Assembly: GCF_001194135.2 (NCBI RefSeq)
Contig: NC_068994.1
Span: forward strand, 47,989,234-48,053,233
Source: Octopus bimaculoides
Taxonomy: Eukaryota
Reading direction: 5' to 3'
DNA length: 64,000 bases
Every line of letters begins with the position of its first letter. Within the stretch, counting starts at the first letter, position 1. Shown piece after piece: positions 1-14,210 of this stretch. The translations under genes and the position numbers were made by a program. The notes under the pieces are model-generated. The model saw only the letters and a program-made list of their open reading frames with translations, did not search any database and was not told the DNA's origin.

Positions 1-3000
1 ATTCTCTAAGCTCATGACAAGATTTGATCCTCAAAATTCATTAATTACAAGTAGACTTTTTTTTATAAATAATAGACTCAAAATATTTTATACATGTATT
101 ATTTTTCTTTCACTTCAATAATGCATTATAACATATGTCAGTCATTCCTTTAAACTCTCATATCACACTATGCCTCAAAATTCAAACAAGGTGCTTAAAA
201 TTTGACTCTTTCTTCATCAGACTTCAGTTTCTGCACAATTAGGTGAATGAGATACAAATCTCTCCATAATTACAAGTTTATCCCAGTTGATCCTTATTCT
301 CATTGTGGTTTTCCAACCAGCTAGACATAGCTAAATCTTTCTCAAATAACACTTTACTGTTTTTAAAATGAAAGGGCCTGGGTATACTATCTGAATTAAA
401 AAAAAAAAAGAAAATAATCACTGGTCACAATTGCAACTTTTTTAATCATGGGTCTGCTAGATCAGTACTAACCCAGGGTTTAACAACAACCTTGTATGAG
501 GACATGGGATAAAAAGAGTCCAAATTTCACGATCCTCATGCAGACTAGTTTTTAAGGTTTAGTTTTACAGCACTAAGTAGAAGTATATTTCTGGTCTTGG
601 ATGGGTCGCCAGATTATCACAAGTAATACATCCTATTATCTTTAAGCATAAAATGAGAGTGGTTTCCATTTTTGTGAGGCCAGAACTTAACCTAAAAGTA
701 CCACCAAATAACATTAGCAGAATTTGAGCTTACAACCATTCTTTAATCAACTAAGCCCAGTCAACATTCCTTGATGGATGGTGTTTAATATAAAATAAAC
801 TAGTTTTGGTTTAATATAGGTTGTGAATGTATGCCATGCAGCATCGGCTGTCATAAGAGCCAGTGTTCTTATGGATATTATTGCAGCTGATAATCCTTAG
901 ATTTGGTGTCTCCTTCTCCCTATCTTCCTACAATTTAGTGAATGGAGTCAAACTGGATGAGTTGGTTATGAAGATACTAACGTTTTGTGGATCAAATCAA
1001 GGGCATTTTACAACTAGTGTCTTTCTCAACCCCACTACCATCATCCAGCAAATATTGTGTTGTGTATGAACTTTCATTGATTTCTTTGGTTTGTTTTAAT
1101 GGTCTTATATCAATTTATTGTCATGATGATTCAGTTTAATTTTTTCTGTTGTTTTCATGACTTCACTATCTGACCACATGTCTGATAATCATTTGGTTTT
1201 ATATGTAAAATGTCTAGGTGGGCAAGAAATGTCATTTATCTTGCATACCCAGTGAGGAGACATCTGCAAAGGGGAGCATTCTGTTAGAGAAATGTAGATA
1301 GAATTAACCCTTCAAAGACCATCCCTCAGTAACCTCGTTTATACAAGGAAATCTATAATGTAACAAAGATGATCCACAAAAATAAAGTCAACCATTTGTA
1401 AAAAAAAAAAGGCTTTCTCAAAGAGATTGGCCTGTGCGTTCATCTGCATCCTAGGAGTGATTAGAGGGAGATTTGGCTGTTGTTCCAGAAAGTCAACTAT
1501 GTAGAGGCTCTCTCTCATCTCTTTGGAACACAGCTTCAAAATAAAACCTTGCATATGAGGAACAAATTAGAATTAATCAATTTTCATAACTGGAACCAAT
1601 TCTGTTCTCTTATTTCTTGATTTAGTTTACTGGCTTTTAAGTTTCATTTTATAAGTGAAAGAACATATGTGTGTTTGTAAATAATGTGAGTTCAAGTCAG
1701 AATTATTAGATTGTATGAACTTCACTGTAGATCTTGTCTTCGTTTGATATATCTATCACCTGAGTATGTGGATATGATGTAATGTAGTCCTAGGCTTATA
1801 GTTTTTATGTTGATCCCTTGCATTTAATAATCTATACCTAATTTATGCTGCTGTATTTGATCAGGCTAAGAGCATCAGTGACTTTTGTAAGGTAGCAAAT
1901 TGGCAGACTTATTAAAGCAATGAACAGCCTTTCAGTATTTATTTTGATGTGTTGCATTCTGAGCTAAAATCTTGCCATGGGTATGTTTTCCACTCATCCC
2001 TGTGAATGATGGGGTTCAATGAATAAAGTACCAGCTTAAGGTGGTAGACTGGCAGAATTGTTAGAGCATCAGACAGGATCCTTTGTGAGATTTGGGCATT
2101 TTGCATTCTTGGTTCAAATCCTGCTGTGACCTTCTTCGGTGGTAGATTGTTCAGTTTAACACCTCGACCTGATTCTTGGGTGACTTTAGCATAGCTTGCT
2201 TTGTTACAAGCATTCTAGCCACAGCTCTTGTTTGAGGATATATTTATCCCTCCTAAATAGTAAAAAAAAATTAATTGTAGTGTAAATTAAATAGTGATGC
2301 TATAAATGCCACACGAATGTTCAGGAAAATATGTTTTTTCTACCTAACATGATCTAGGGTTAAATGTTGCCCCTATGGCTCTTTGAAGCTCAAGAAACTG
2401 GTGCATGTGTGTGTGTGGTGAGAAGTTTTCTAATTCTACACCTTACTGTTTCTGTTTTTGCCATAATTAGCTAGCTGCCTTCTGCTCCACTGTCGCTTTT
2501 CCAATATAAACATGTGTACACATATTGAAGATTAAACTGGAGTTATGAAATAATAAAGCACAGTATTGTACATTGAACCCCTGTCACATATTGCTTCACA
2601 AAGGCTGCAACTCCAAAATTGATCTCCAAATTCAAAAGTGGTTATGAATTTTTTTACAACTTAAAACTGAGGAACATTGCATAATTTGAGAATAAATGAA
2701 TTGTCTTTTAATGTAAATATGGTTTTATTTAATTTCTTTGTTTTTTTGTCTCTTCTATACGGACTTGGGCAGGGGTCGTCTATATGTTATGTAGGGAGAA
2801 AATCTAAAATTTGTCTTACCTGTATTCTTTCATATGATGATGCAAATATAGTTATTTCATTGACACTTATGTTATTACAAATTATAAGTTACATGTGTGT
2901 AAAAGATAACTATATGCTTCTTACCAAGTCCATTTGGTAATGGTGAAAATGATGGGTGGAAACAGGTCCATTTCTGGATTCCACTACATAATTGTATTAA

Positions 3001-6000
3001 TGTGGTGTGGGCATAAATCAAAGATGAGAATATAGGCGTATGTGAATAAAAACCGTAGACATAAGTAGAAATGTATTGTAAACTTAGAAGCATATTTTTA
3101 TAAACATAAACTATATGTATCCTTACAGTGAAAAGTAGACACTCTGGTTGAACTGTAGGTTGTTATGGATTTTCTCCCTCTATGATCACAAATAGAGATC
3201 CTTTATTCATTGCTGTTCTCTGAGAGTAAAGTTGCATACAGCCATTTATAGTATGCACAGACTTAGAACTAAATTGCCTTGCCTAATTTGCTTAACAGTG
3301 CTATGCATTAATGAAAATGAATTAATAGAAGTGCTATACAAAGTAGGGCAGTAAAACATATACCTTACATCTGTACTTATCCTACCATTTCAGTTATATT
3401 TTTCACATGAGAAGAGGGTGAATATAAATCTGAAATCAGTACCTTAACAAAATTAACTGGATTACTACAATGCAAGTTACTAAATTTTTCTTGCAATTTT
3501 GTATAAAAAGTTTATAAGTGTAAAACACTTTGCAACAAACACTTTACTACAAATCTATATATCCTTCTCTTTTAGCTATGAATTGTGTAGTTGTATATGT
3601 TGGCTTATGCTGTTTATGTTGGTGGATTAAGAAGGCAAGTAATTAGAAGCATGACCGACTAAGTGCAGTTGATGCTTTTGGCCTTCATGGCCTGGTTATT
3701 TCTTCTTTGAAGAACTAGACATGTAGAGACAGTCAAAGACTGTCAGGAGCATATAACCTTTTTTTCTGAAAATGATAAATTGACTTTAGCAGTATGTGTA
3801 ACACGTTGAGCCATGCATCAATGGCAGTCATTTTGCAGTTCTGTCCAGTCTGTTGATTTTTGGTTTAAGGGATTAATGTTCCATATCAGATCTGAACAAA
3901 TTTTAAAACTATTCAGTGAATTCCTTAATTGATCATGTGTAGATTTATAACCTACAAACACTTTTCATTTGAAAGTCATTATTATTAATTATCATTTAGA
4001 ATATTTTGCTTAGTTTTCCCATGAATGCCAACATCCTTCAGGCATGCAGTTATTTATCCAACTTCAAGTTTGGTTTGATGTTGCTGTGATTTTGTGAGAT
4101 TACTGAAGATCTGTTGTCTCTAGTGCTAACTTAAGTGAGTGACATGTTTAACTTGAAGATCTTAGCTAAGCTTTCAAAATGGATACTGATGAGATGTGGG
4201 CTGGCTTCACAGTGTTGCCGACCAAATTGTGTAGCAGTTGTTTACTTTATGGGCTCAATTGGACAAGATTGGCTAAGTTTGTGAAATGAATTTTGATGCT
4301 ATAAGTATAAAAACAATTGCAGTTTGTTTCAATAGATTTGAGCATTATTGTATTGCTATTCCACAGGCTGCTTGCCTCTCTGACAATCTGTTTATATTTT
4401 AGTCCTGAACAAAGCTCACTATTGACACTGTTGTAGAATACCAGGAAAAATATACTGTAGTTCCATTTATTTTTGACTTCTCCAGGTAAGATTGAACAGT
4501 GGAAATAAACATCTCTGATTAGTGAACTAAATGAGTGAAGGGCTTTACAACTGAATCGATGAAAGTGTGTGCAGAAGTACACAGCAGGATCACAGGAAAC
4601 TAGTGATTATCTGCATTAGTAGTCAATGAGTATTAAACACTTCAATAGTGGAATAAATTGGTTTGTTGTATGGGAAAGGAAAAGTCTAATGTTCAAGGCT
4701 GTGCTTTTCACTGGAGAAAGCTAAAATGAGCAGCATATGTCTTGCTTGATGATGTCCAGAAAACTAAGTACTGCATGCTGTGTATTGTGGAAACTACTCC
4801 ATCTGTACAGTGTATAATTGACTAGCTTTGAAGACTAGGTGTTTGTAATCTGTGGAAACTCCTGCTTGAAGCTTGTTGTGACACCTGTGTTGTATTGTGT
4901 ATCATGGAAACAAGGGTACAATGTACAAAAGCAACATAACAGCTAGGGGACACCTCATGTATTTGAGCAATACTCTTTAATTCCATACTCCTGCATTCTT
5001 AGGCCGTTGGAAATAAACATGAGATTTTCTGAGAAAACGGGCACCAAAAGAAATTGTGCAAAAGAATATTTTGTTTCTTCACTTGGGCTTACAAAATAGC
5101 AAACTTTGATAACGTTTTAGGTGTTGGGGTGGAGTACCAGAAGAGAACTTATATGAGGTGACTTGACCAACTAGAAATGGCAGCTAAATCACCTTCAGCT
5201 CACATTCACTTGTCATGAAGAGTTTATTGTATAATGTAGTCTTAAATGCACTGTATCTGAAGGACTGTTCCAGTTTTTGGACACAAGTCATGACAAAGGC
5301 TCGCCTTCAGCTAAACATAATACCAGATATGTAATGAGGATTGGTTTTATAAATATATACACACACACACACACACACATTATTGAAGATAGCTTTTTTA
5401 TTTTTGAAATTACCTCCACTTACAGAAATAGAACAATCATTTCTTTACAATTGGGACCAACTCCAAATGAGAAGGAGAGATAATTTCAAGTATCAAGAAT
5501 TCTCTAAAAATGACATGCCATTAAAGAAAAGAGGACATTTATGAGCACATGTTTCTGCTTCAATAGGCCATTCCGAGTTATTTCTCTTAGCTCATTTTCA
5601 TTTCGCATGCACACACACACACACACATTGTACATATGTTCATTTCCTATGAATTTGTTTCCTTGTACCATATGCAATGTCGTTTCAAGTGTAAGTTAAT
5701 AGACATACTAAGCTTATGATGATTTTGTAACTACACAGAATACTTCCACTCACTCTCTTGTATAGACAGTTAGTAATCTTTAAAATACTCTCTGCTTTGT
5801 TGGAGTGGGGAAAGTTACTCTGCTTCATTAGTGTAAGTAGCTGAGTATTCCACAGACACATGTCTCCTTCACATAATCTTTTAAACAGAATCATTGTAAC
5901 ACTGTGACCAGCTGAGTACTTCAGGGGCACATGTACTTTTAATGTAATCTTCAGCCACAATCAGTGCAACAAAGCTCAGCTTTTGATATATACATATATA

Positions 6001-7176
6001 TAATGGTACCATAAAATATCAAATAATATAATATATTGATGCAGACGAAGGAATGGCTGAAGTGGTAGTGCTAGATTAAATGCTTTGTGGTATTTATTAT
6101 GTATTTTTGTTTCCTGGGTTCAAATCTCAATGTTTCTTTTTGCTTGATCCACCTCTTGGGTAATCAAAATAAGTAGTAGGCATGTACTGGTCTGGATTCA
6201 ATCACAAATTCATGGTCATGATAACTAGTGATACATTGAGAGTATTTCAGTTGGCCATGCTCTCTTCCATGTGTCTATTTTGCAGTTTGTTATTAGCATT
6301 GTCACATTGATGAAGACTGCTCTTTGAAATTGCTTTTGCCATATTCCTGGCAAGATACCAGTAGTTTTATGAGAGGCAACCCTATTACCAATGCTCCTCT
6401 CTTCTACAAATTCATTTTCTAATCCCAAAATTAATGTGTTGGAAATAAACGCTTTGTAGTGTTCGGTTACATTCACTCCAAATTCAAATTTTGTCTGTTG
6501 AATTCGAGTTCCATTCTCTTCAGAGCTTATAAACATTAATACTTGTATATTATGGTTAATGCAAATGAACAACTCGCTATACTGCTCCTCTTTTACAATA
6601 AATATTTGGTCCTGTGCCAGTGTTAGAAATCATTACTATTCAATGGATTTGGCCTAAGGTGCCTGTCTCTCTATTGGAATACATGTACAATATATTTCAT
6701 GTCATTGTATTTTGTTTTCATTTTTATTTTTTCTTACACACTTGAAATAAACACACAACAACCCACAGTTTTGTACTTCATAAAAATCCTTCAATCATTC
6801 ACCCTTGGGACAATAAAAGAAACTATAATTAAATGGATTTGACTTTCATCCCCACCTGAGATTGTTAGCCATGTGACAAAATTTGAAACCATTATTAAAT
6901 GGATTTAGAAATTTAATTCTTTTTCTAAACCAGTTCTCTTAATTTGGCCATTAACGTTCTCAGTTATATTCTTGAATGCCACAACTTCTCACTAAGATAC
7001 AATCAAGGCTTTGTGGTGAGTTAAATGAAAACACTAGTGCTTTTCACCATGGTTTAACAAATTTTGTCTGCTCTTTTGGCAGTGTGCTGAGTTTTGTCTC
7101 CTTTAATACCTCCAGAAATGCCATGGGATCACAACCTACCATACATGTCCTTTATTAAAAAGATTTGTGTATGTTA

Positions 7177-7287
<111 letters not shown>

Positions 7288-7811
7288 GCGCGCTCGCATA
7301 CACACATACACAGCTCCCCGCCCCCTCTCTGTTTCTTTGGCATATCAAATACTTTCACTTGCCCAGCTCCCTCTCCCCAACACTATTCAAGTGTTTGCTG
7401 CTACATGGAGAAATTCATCCTTAAACAGTTTCATTTTCTTTCACAAAAGGAGAATTTAACAAATGTATATCAAAGGAAATTTTGGTGTTCTTCTGTGATG
7501 CTTCAAAAATGTCTTAAATTAAAGGGCTGGAGGTAGAATGAATGTGTCTTGTTTGGTTCCTGAATAAAAGTTTTAAGGTAATATTACTTCCTCTTTGAGG
7601 ACTGCTTGAACATACAGTAGCAGTAGTAGCAGCAGCACCACCGCCATTACCATCATCAGTAACAACACCACTAACCTCTACCATCAGCAGCAGCACCACC
7701 ACCTCCACCACCATCAGCAGCTCTGTAGTTGTTAAGTCGTCCATGACTACAACCATTGCTGCTGTTCTGTCGCCGCCGCCGCTGCTGTCTTGTCTGCTGT
7801 TTCAGAAAGCA

Positions 7812-7880
7812 GTAAGTATTGGCAGCAAGCACCATACGTGTGCACACACACGCACTCACTCTCTCTCTCTCTCTCTGCAG
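7812..7880 (+). other. 69-nt GT-AG mini-intron in putative LDB 5' leader
   Basis: GCA|GTAAGT ... (CT)n CTGCAG|: strong consensus at both ends. Confidence 0.55.
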
Positions 7881-7972
7881 TAGTGGCAGTGGCTTGCCAT
7901 ATACTGCTACTTGGCTTCCTTGCCTTGCTTTAGTTGGGTAGCCTACAGAATCAATAAAGAGGTCTAGTTGTC

Positions 7973-8026
7973 ATGGCAACATTCCTAGACCTTGGTGTCA
8001 TCCAGATTTTCGAAAAACTAGGACAG
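7973..8026 (+). CDS. Candidate alternative first coding exon of LDB (MATFLDLGVIQIFEKLGQ)
   Basis: ATG in gtcATGG context, in-frame TAA upstream (7955), 18 open codons ending at CAG|gtgtct in phase 0, matching the phase-0 exon at 14211. No homology recognised. Confidence 0.5.
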
Positions 8027-8248
8027 GTGTCTGTTGGTATATCAGATAATGCTATTATTTCTTTTAAAAAAAAATAAATAAATAGAATTTTCATAATTTA
8101 TTTTCTTTTATATTTTTCTCAAATTTTATGCTTGTAACATAGATTTCAATTAATATTGGAAGCAGTGAAGGGGTATATTTTATTTTAGATTTTCGTATAA
8201 TTTTATTATATTTAATCATCCATTTATTTATTGATGTCTTCTCAAAGA

Positions 8249-8280
<32 letters not shown>

Positions 8281-8568
8281 TTTTTTTGTTAAGGTGCATT
8301 TTTGAATAGCCACAATTTTGAAATAGCACAGAAATTTTATGAATTTGTTATTGCTTCTTGAGAAAATAAAACCTAAAATAAAATAGACAGCTTTATATAA
8401 TATATAGTTAGATAGATATAGATATGTATGTATATAATTTGGCTGGACAGGATTGTTTAAGCATCAGACAAAATGCCTTTGTAGCATTCATTCTGGCTCT
8501 TTTATATTTTGAGTTCAAATTCTACTGTGGCCAACCAACTTTCCATTTCATCCCTTCATAGTCCTTAA

Positions 8569-8727
8569 CCCTTTAACTACAAAATTTCATAGTTGTTCCC
8601 GTAATGATGTTAAATATCTACAAAAAATAGTTTCAAACATAAAATAGATTTATATTTAAAGCTGCTCTCCTGCAGTTAAGGGTAAAGAAATTTTAAGTGG
8701 GTACGTCTGATTTTTGCAGTAAAAGGG
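8569..8727. mobile_element. piggyBac-like MITE nested in a SINE
   Basis: TTAA|CCCTTTAACTAC ... GCAGTAAAAGGG|TTGA; SINE-like sequence on both sides. Confidence 0.55.
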
Positions 8728-9229
8728 TTGAAATAGGATAGCAGTCAAGTACTAGTGCCAGTGCTTGCATACCAAAATTGCTAGCAGTGCACCTAAAATT
8801 ATATTCTGAGTTCAAATTCCACTGAGATCAGCTTTGCATTTCATCCTTCCAGGGTCAATAAAATAGAATGCCAGTTTAGTACCGAGTTGACAATATTGAC
8901 TAACACTCCTCTCCTCAAAAATGCTGGCATTGTGCCTAAATCAAAAAGCACATCCCTCTGCCATCAATAATATAAAGTGCAAGTCTAACACTGGGGTCAA
9001 TGACATTAGCTATCAGGCATCATTATTATCATAGTTTAATTTTAGATTTGGTTCTTTTTATTTTGGATTTTGTTTTGTTTTTGTTTTTGTTTTTTCCTTC
9101 CTAGTTTGATTTTTTTTCTTCTCATTTTTATTTCTAACATTTAAGTATTTGTCATTCTTCTGGTTTCCAGCTTGCCAGCATTCCATTTCTATCTGAGGCA
9201 CTAAATCGTAGTTCTTTGTTTCTTGTATG

Positions 9230-10640
9230 ACTTAAACTATCGAAACTGCAAAAGACTATTTGTGCAATAGGTGTATATGTGTGTGCGCGTTTATATATGC
9301 ACTTACGTATGTGTATGTGTAGATATATATAAATGCACAAAAGTTGCAGTTAAGAAGTTTGCTTTGCAAAGACATGCTTTGGAGTTTGGTACCACTGCAC
9401 AGTACCTTGTGTGCCTTCCCTGTAATCTTAGAGCAGGCAGAAGCTGAATGAAGCCCTTTGAGGAGGTGGGCGTGCGCTTGTAAATGTTGGTATTCCTTGC
9501 TTAAGCAAAATGGTTATGGTGCTGGCATTATTGCCAGTCGTTCTGCTAAGGTGTATAAACAGGTATTAAATGGAGGAATAATGTGTGTGTGTGTTATTAT
9601 TATTATTCATTCGTTTTTACATCCATTTTTCCATGCTGTGATGGGTTGCACAGATATGTTGTTGTGAGGCATTCTTTTCTAGCCGAATGTCCTTGTTACT
9701 AAACCATACCTGTTTTACAAAATAAGAGATATCTTATTCCACACATCATCAAAAGTACAAAGCCAACAGCCGACCTGTTGATAGAGGAAGTGGTAGCAAC
9801 TTCACCACCCATAGCTGTGCGACTTTTGGTGGGAGTGCAAAAGTAAACAAACTCAGACTGATGTATAATGGGCTTCTTTCAGTTTCCATCTATAAAATCC
9901 ACTTATAAGGCTTTTGTCAGTCCCTGGGCATCACAGAACACATGTACCCAGGGTATCATGCAATGAGACTGAACACAAAACCCCATTATTAAGAAGCGAA
10001 CTTGTTAACCACATGACCGTGACTACACGTGTTTGTGTGTACACGCACACAACAACATTGCCGTTTCTTATACAACTTCAACATGACCTGGCACAGGTTA
10101 AAACTAATTTTTCTATTACTCCTTGTCCCACCAAAGAACTTAAAACTCAAAAGACTTTCTTTTAACTTTATATTCATTCCATGGTCGCTACATCTGCGTG
10201 TGCGCACGCACATAGCTATGGAACGAACCATTGACTTTGCACAAACGCACTCAACCGTAGCAATTTTTTCTCCTCGTTTCCATTTCCAAATGTGTTATGT
10301 GTTCATGCATATATAGGAGTTGCACATGATGCTTGATTCTGCAGAATTCACTGCGTAGTGATCTTTCTGTATGCTACCCTGTGTGTGTGTGTGTGTGTGG
10401 TTGAATATGTAAATTTCAAAGAAGCGCAAACGCAAACAAGGAAGTTCCTTGTGTTTTGTATAAATTATTTAATAACGATCAAAAGTTATTGGCGCATCTG
10501 AGTGATTAGACATTCGAACTTAACTAGTAGCAATATTGTGGTGGTCACTTCCACTTGAAAAGATGCGCGGAAACAGGCCATTTGAATAATGTGGAGGGAA
10601 GCAGCAATTCCCCTACAAATTCCCCAGTTCTACGTATGTA
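9230..10640. promoter_or_regulatory. CpG-enriched promoter/enhancer-like region
   Basis: Many CpGs relative to CpG-poor flanks (judged by eye); ETS-like GGAAGT (10440) and E2F-like GCGCGGAAA (about 10565). Confidence 0.4.
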
Positions 10641-11244
10641 AATAAACCGATATCCAGCTACTTGGTCTGAATCACACTATATTTTTCTGGTTAGTGCTTC
10701 TAGATGTGGTCAACCTTCTTGTTTTGTGACCTGGCACTGGGAAAAAAGTGAAAGTAAAAACTAGGTAGAACATAGCCCGCTTTTCAAAAAAGCATTGAGG
10801 GTTTTATTTATTTATTTATTTTTTATGTTTAGTTTTGGCTTGATTATATTTAGCTGGTAAGCCAGGTAGCATCATAGAATCTCCCACACTGGCTTACGTA
10901 GCCTCCATTTTGAACATGCCATGGAGTTTTGTATGAGGCTTCACAGCACTTGTATATATGTATGTGCGTATAATCAGCTCCCACACCCGCTCAATGAGTT
11001 GGATTTTTCATTTAGCATGTTCTTAATATCTTAGTTATAGATAAGGCTTCCTTCCTTATCTGTCAATTTTGATTCACCAGAACATCAATGGAAAATTTTA
11101 TTTATTTATTTTTATTTTGCTTAGTAAAAACTGACAAGTGACATGGCTTGTTTATCTCGAAGAAAGGTTATTTTATTTTTTTATTCAAGGGAAGTGACTC
11201 TGAAGGATTTTTTTTTATATTTTCATTATAACTTGCTACGGTAT

Positions 11245-11263
11245 CTCTCTCTCTCTCTCTCTC

Positions 11264-11325
<62 letters not shown>
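11245..11325. repeat. (CT)n-(AT)n microsatellite
   Basis: Directly visible. Confidence 0.9.
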
Positions 11326-11328
<3 letters not shown>

Positions 11329-14210
11329 GTGTGTCTCTATCAATTCTTTCTCATTTCTATGTCTTTTTCTTTAATTGTCCAGCTTCTATAGTGTCACTAT
11401 CTCCTCACACGCCTACAAAAAGCAAAAGGTCCCTGAACAAGTACTAATAGTCACTGGTAGTCAGTCTTCTCCATACCTAAGTATCGCTACTGACTCCACT
11501 CTCAAAGACCAGGGAGCAGGTTCTCTACTAGGTTTTTGCATGAGTTCTTTTAAACTGGTAAAACCTGTTGAAAACCTAGATTTGTAAGACTATTCACCTG
11601 GTTAATAAGGTTGTTGATCCATAAATACTTGCAGAGCTAAACTGTTTTCATGGTTTGGTAGGATAGACACTGTGTGTATGTGTGTTCATGTATTGCCCTT
11701 GTTCTAAAAGCATATAAATTTCCCTTCATCTAAGTATCTGTGACCTGAGCTGTGTTAGTCAATCTCATTAGGGTCCTCTATGCAACTGTTCAGCCTGCTA
11801 AAAATAGCAACTGAATCTCCCTCAAATCGCATCCCACTCTCTTAGAAAGAAGAAAATGTTAGATAACACTATCCTGAATGTACATTGCCTTCAAAAAAGA
11901 CAAAATTATCAAAGTTTGAATAATTTTCAGTGAGTTATTATTTATACTGATGGATCAGTGGCTTGAAATGCAGAGTTTTAGATTAAAACAAAAATTAGTG
12001 AAACACATTTTCAATAGTTTTTCCTGTTTGTGCTGTATTATTTTGACATGTGCACATGTGCTATGATTGAGTTTACATGTCTCTTTAGATATGCAGATTT
12101 TCTATGAAATAAGTGGTTAAATACTGGAAATAAATAAGGGCTTTTGAGTTCTGTCCCAGTGAATGTCCTGCAAACTTGTACGATAATAAATAAATGACAT
12201 GTGCATATGTGTATAACACACACACACACACACACACACATTATACAGACCCACATGCTCATCTATGTGCATGCTTCAGCGTGCTGTCTGAAGATGAGTT
12301 TCAGTATTTTAAGACTTGTTTTACAGGGAGGAGAGTTTCAAAAAGAAAACAAAAAGAGGGCAAATCTAATACATTTACAAAATCTCAGAGGGCTGTGTAT
12401 GTGAATATTTTAAAATCGTTTTATGGCTATATTCTTAAATGTAGTATGCAAATTTTTACTTAGCTGAAACAGTACATTTACCAGTTATGACTTGTATGAT
12501 TATATTTCTAATATAATACATCACACTGGCTGTGTGTTTCAAGTAATTTTGAAAATAACTGAATTTGGAGGAGTTCAGTAAATGAACTGTGTATTGGTTT
12601 ATTAAACTGATGTCAAAGGCCTGACATCAAAAGGGTTGAATGTCCTACAACATTAAGTTTCATTCTTTTACATTGTGGATTTGACTATGATTTCCTGCCT
12701 TCATCACTCCCAACATCACCAGTCACGTGTTTTCAATGGGCAATTCATCTGGTACTTTATATTTATGAAAATAAAGCACCACCTGTTTTTCTATTTACTC
12801 AATATTTTTATCTTTTGATCTCTCACTCTCTCTCTCTCTCTCTCACCCACTCACTCACTCACTCACTCACACACTTCCATCTACTAAATTCTACTCACGA
12901 AGTTATTGATCAACCTGAGGCTATGATAAAAGACACTTGTCCAAGGTGTTCTGCAGCAGAATTAAACCTGGACTCACATAGTTCAGAAGTAGTGTTCTTA
13001 ACAACCATACAACCACACTTTCATTTATGCCAGTGTAAGAAATCAATCATGAATAGGTGTCAGGGGCAGGGAAATTTACAGGTGCCATTTAGTACATTCC
13101 TTTTAATTAGAATTCAGATTTTTCTCTGGGGATGGGGCAAGGAAAAAAATAGAAAAAAACCCTCGGCACTGTAGCATGTTATTGTTAGTGGCCATCTAAT
13201 TTAAATGCTTTATAGAGCATTTTGTTTGTGCCGTTACATTCTGATTTCAAATCTGGTCAGGTGTCGACCTTTCACCTGTCCTTAGTAAATTGCATAAGGT
13301 ATTACTAATACACTATGCTGGGGTTGGGTGACTCTTCACCACTATTGCACCACCCCCACATGGAGGTAGTGAATTCATAAGAGAATCAGCTAGAATGCTT
13401 TGCTTTTTTTTTTCTGCTCTCTGTACTATGAGTTCACTCCACCTTACATCCCTCTGGAGATCAATAAGCAAAATACCATTCAAATACTAGGATTGATTAC
13501 TCTTCACTTGTTCTTTGTTTTCCTCTTGACATTGGCTGAGTGTGGGGACCAAAAAAACAAGCATTTGCATTGTGGGCCTACTAATGTCTTCACCAACACA
13601 CTTTTCCTCTCTCTGGAAAAATGGGACTTTGAGGGATTGTCTATGATCTCATTTGATCTGCTAGAAACACTAGCCAAATTTCACACCTTGCTATCTTTAA
13701 TAATAATAAAAAATTAAAAAATACAGGTGTGCATACGAGTCTGTGGATCAAAGTTGATCTGTGGAAGGGTATAAAAAAACAACCACCACCTCTAGGAAAT
13801 CAATCTTATGTTAAGTAATTAAAATCTAATGTATTGCCTTTGGTCTGTGATGAAACACCATCTCTGATTGGTTTGTTGCTTAATTCTCAGATCAGCCATG
13901 ATCCAACAAATGAATGATTAAATGTACTGAATTGTAAAAAAAACCCTCCCCATCTTTATTTTTAGACTTCTTGTATCTAGGTCTATTCAACATTCATAAT
14001 ATTAGAAATAACTCTTATTAAATTTCAAATTTTTTCATAATAATAATTCCAATAATTTTACAGAGCCATTCTTTTTAAAGCTGAGTGTCTTGTTATCTGG
14101 CACTTTACTGATTTTGTCTTGTACAACTCTTACATAGAAATATATTGAAGCAATATTCAGTTTGTTTTTGACACATTAAATTTATTCTCTCTCTCTTTAT
14201 TATCTCACAG

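Noticed and set aside
3117-3125. GTATCCTTA U12-like donor on the plus strand (another at 32189-32197)
   Set aside because: No exon context or U12 branch partner seen; a few such matches are expected by chance in AT-rich DNA.
6225-6572. 115-aa minus-strand ORF
   Set aside because: No recognisable domain, start context or splice structure; possibly a TE relic.
10413-10463. SKKRKRKQGSS, resembling the LDB nuclear localisation signal
   Set aside because: Wrong position in gene order, bounded by stops within 17 codons, no usable splice sites.
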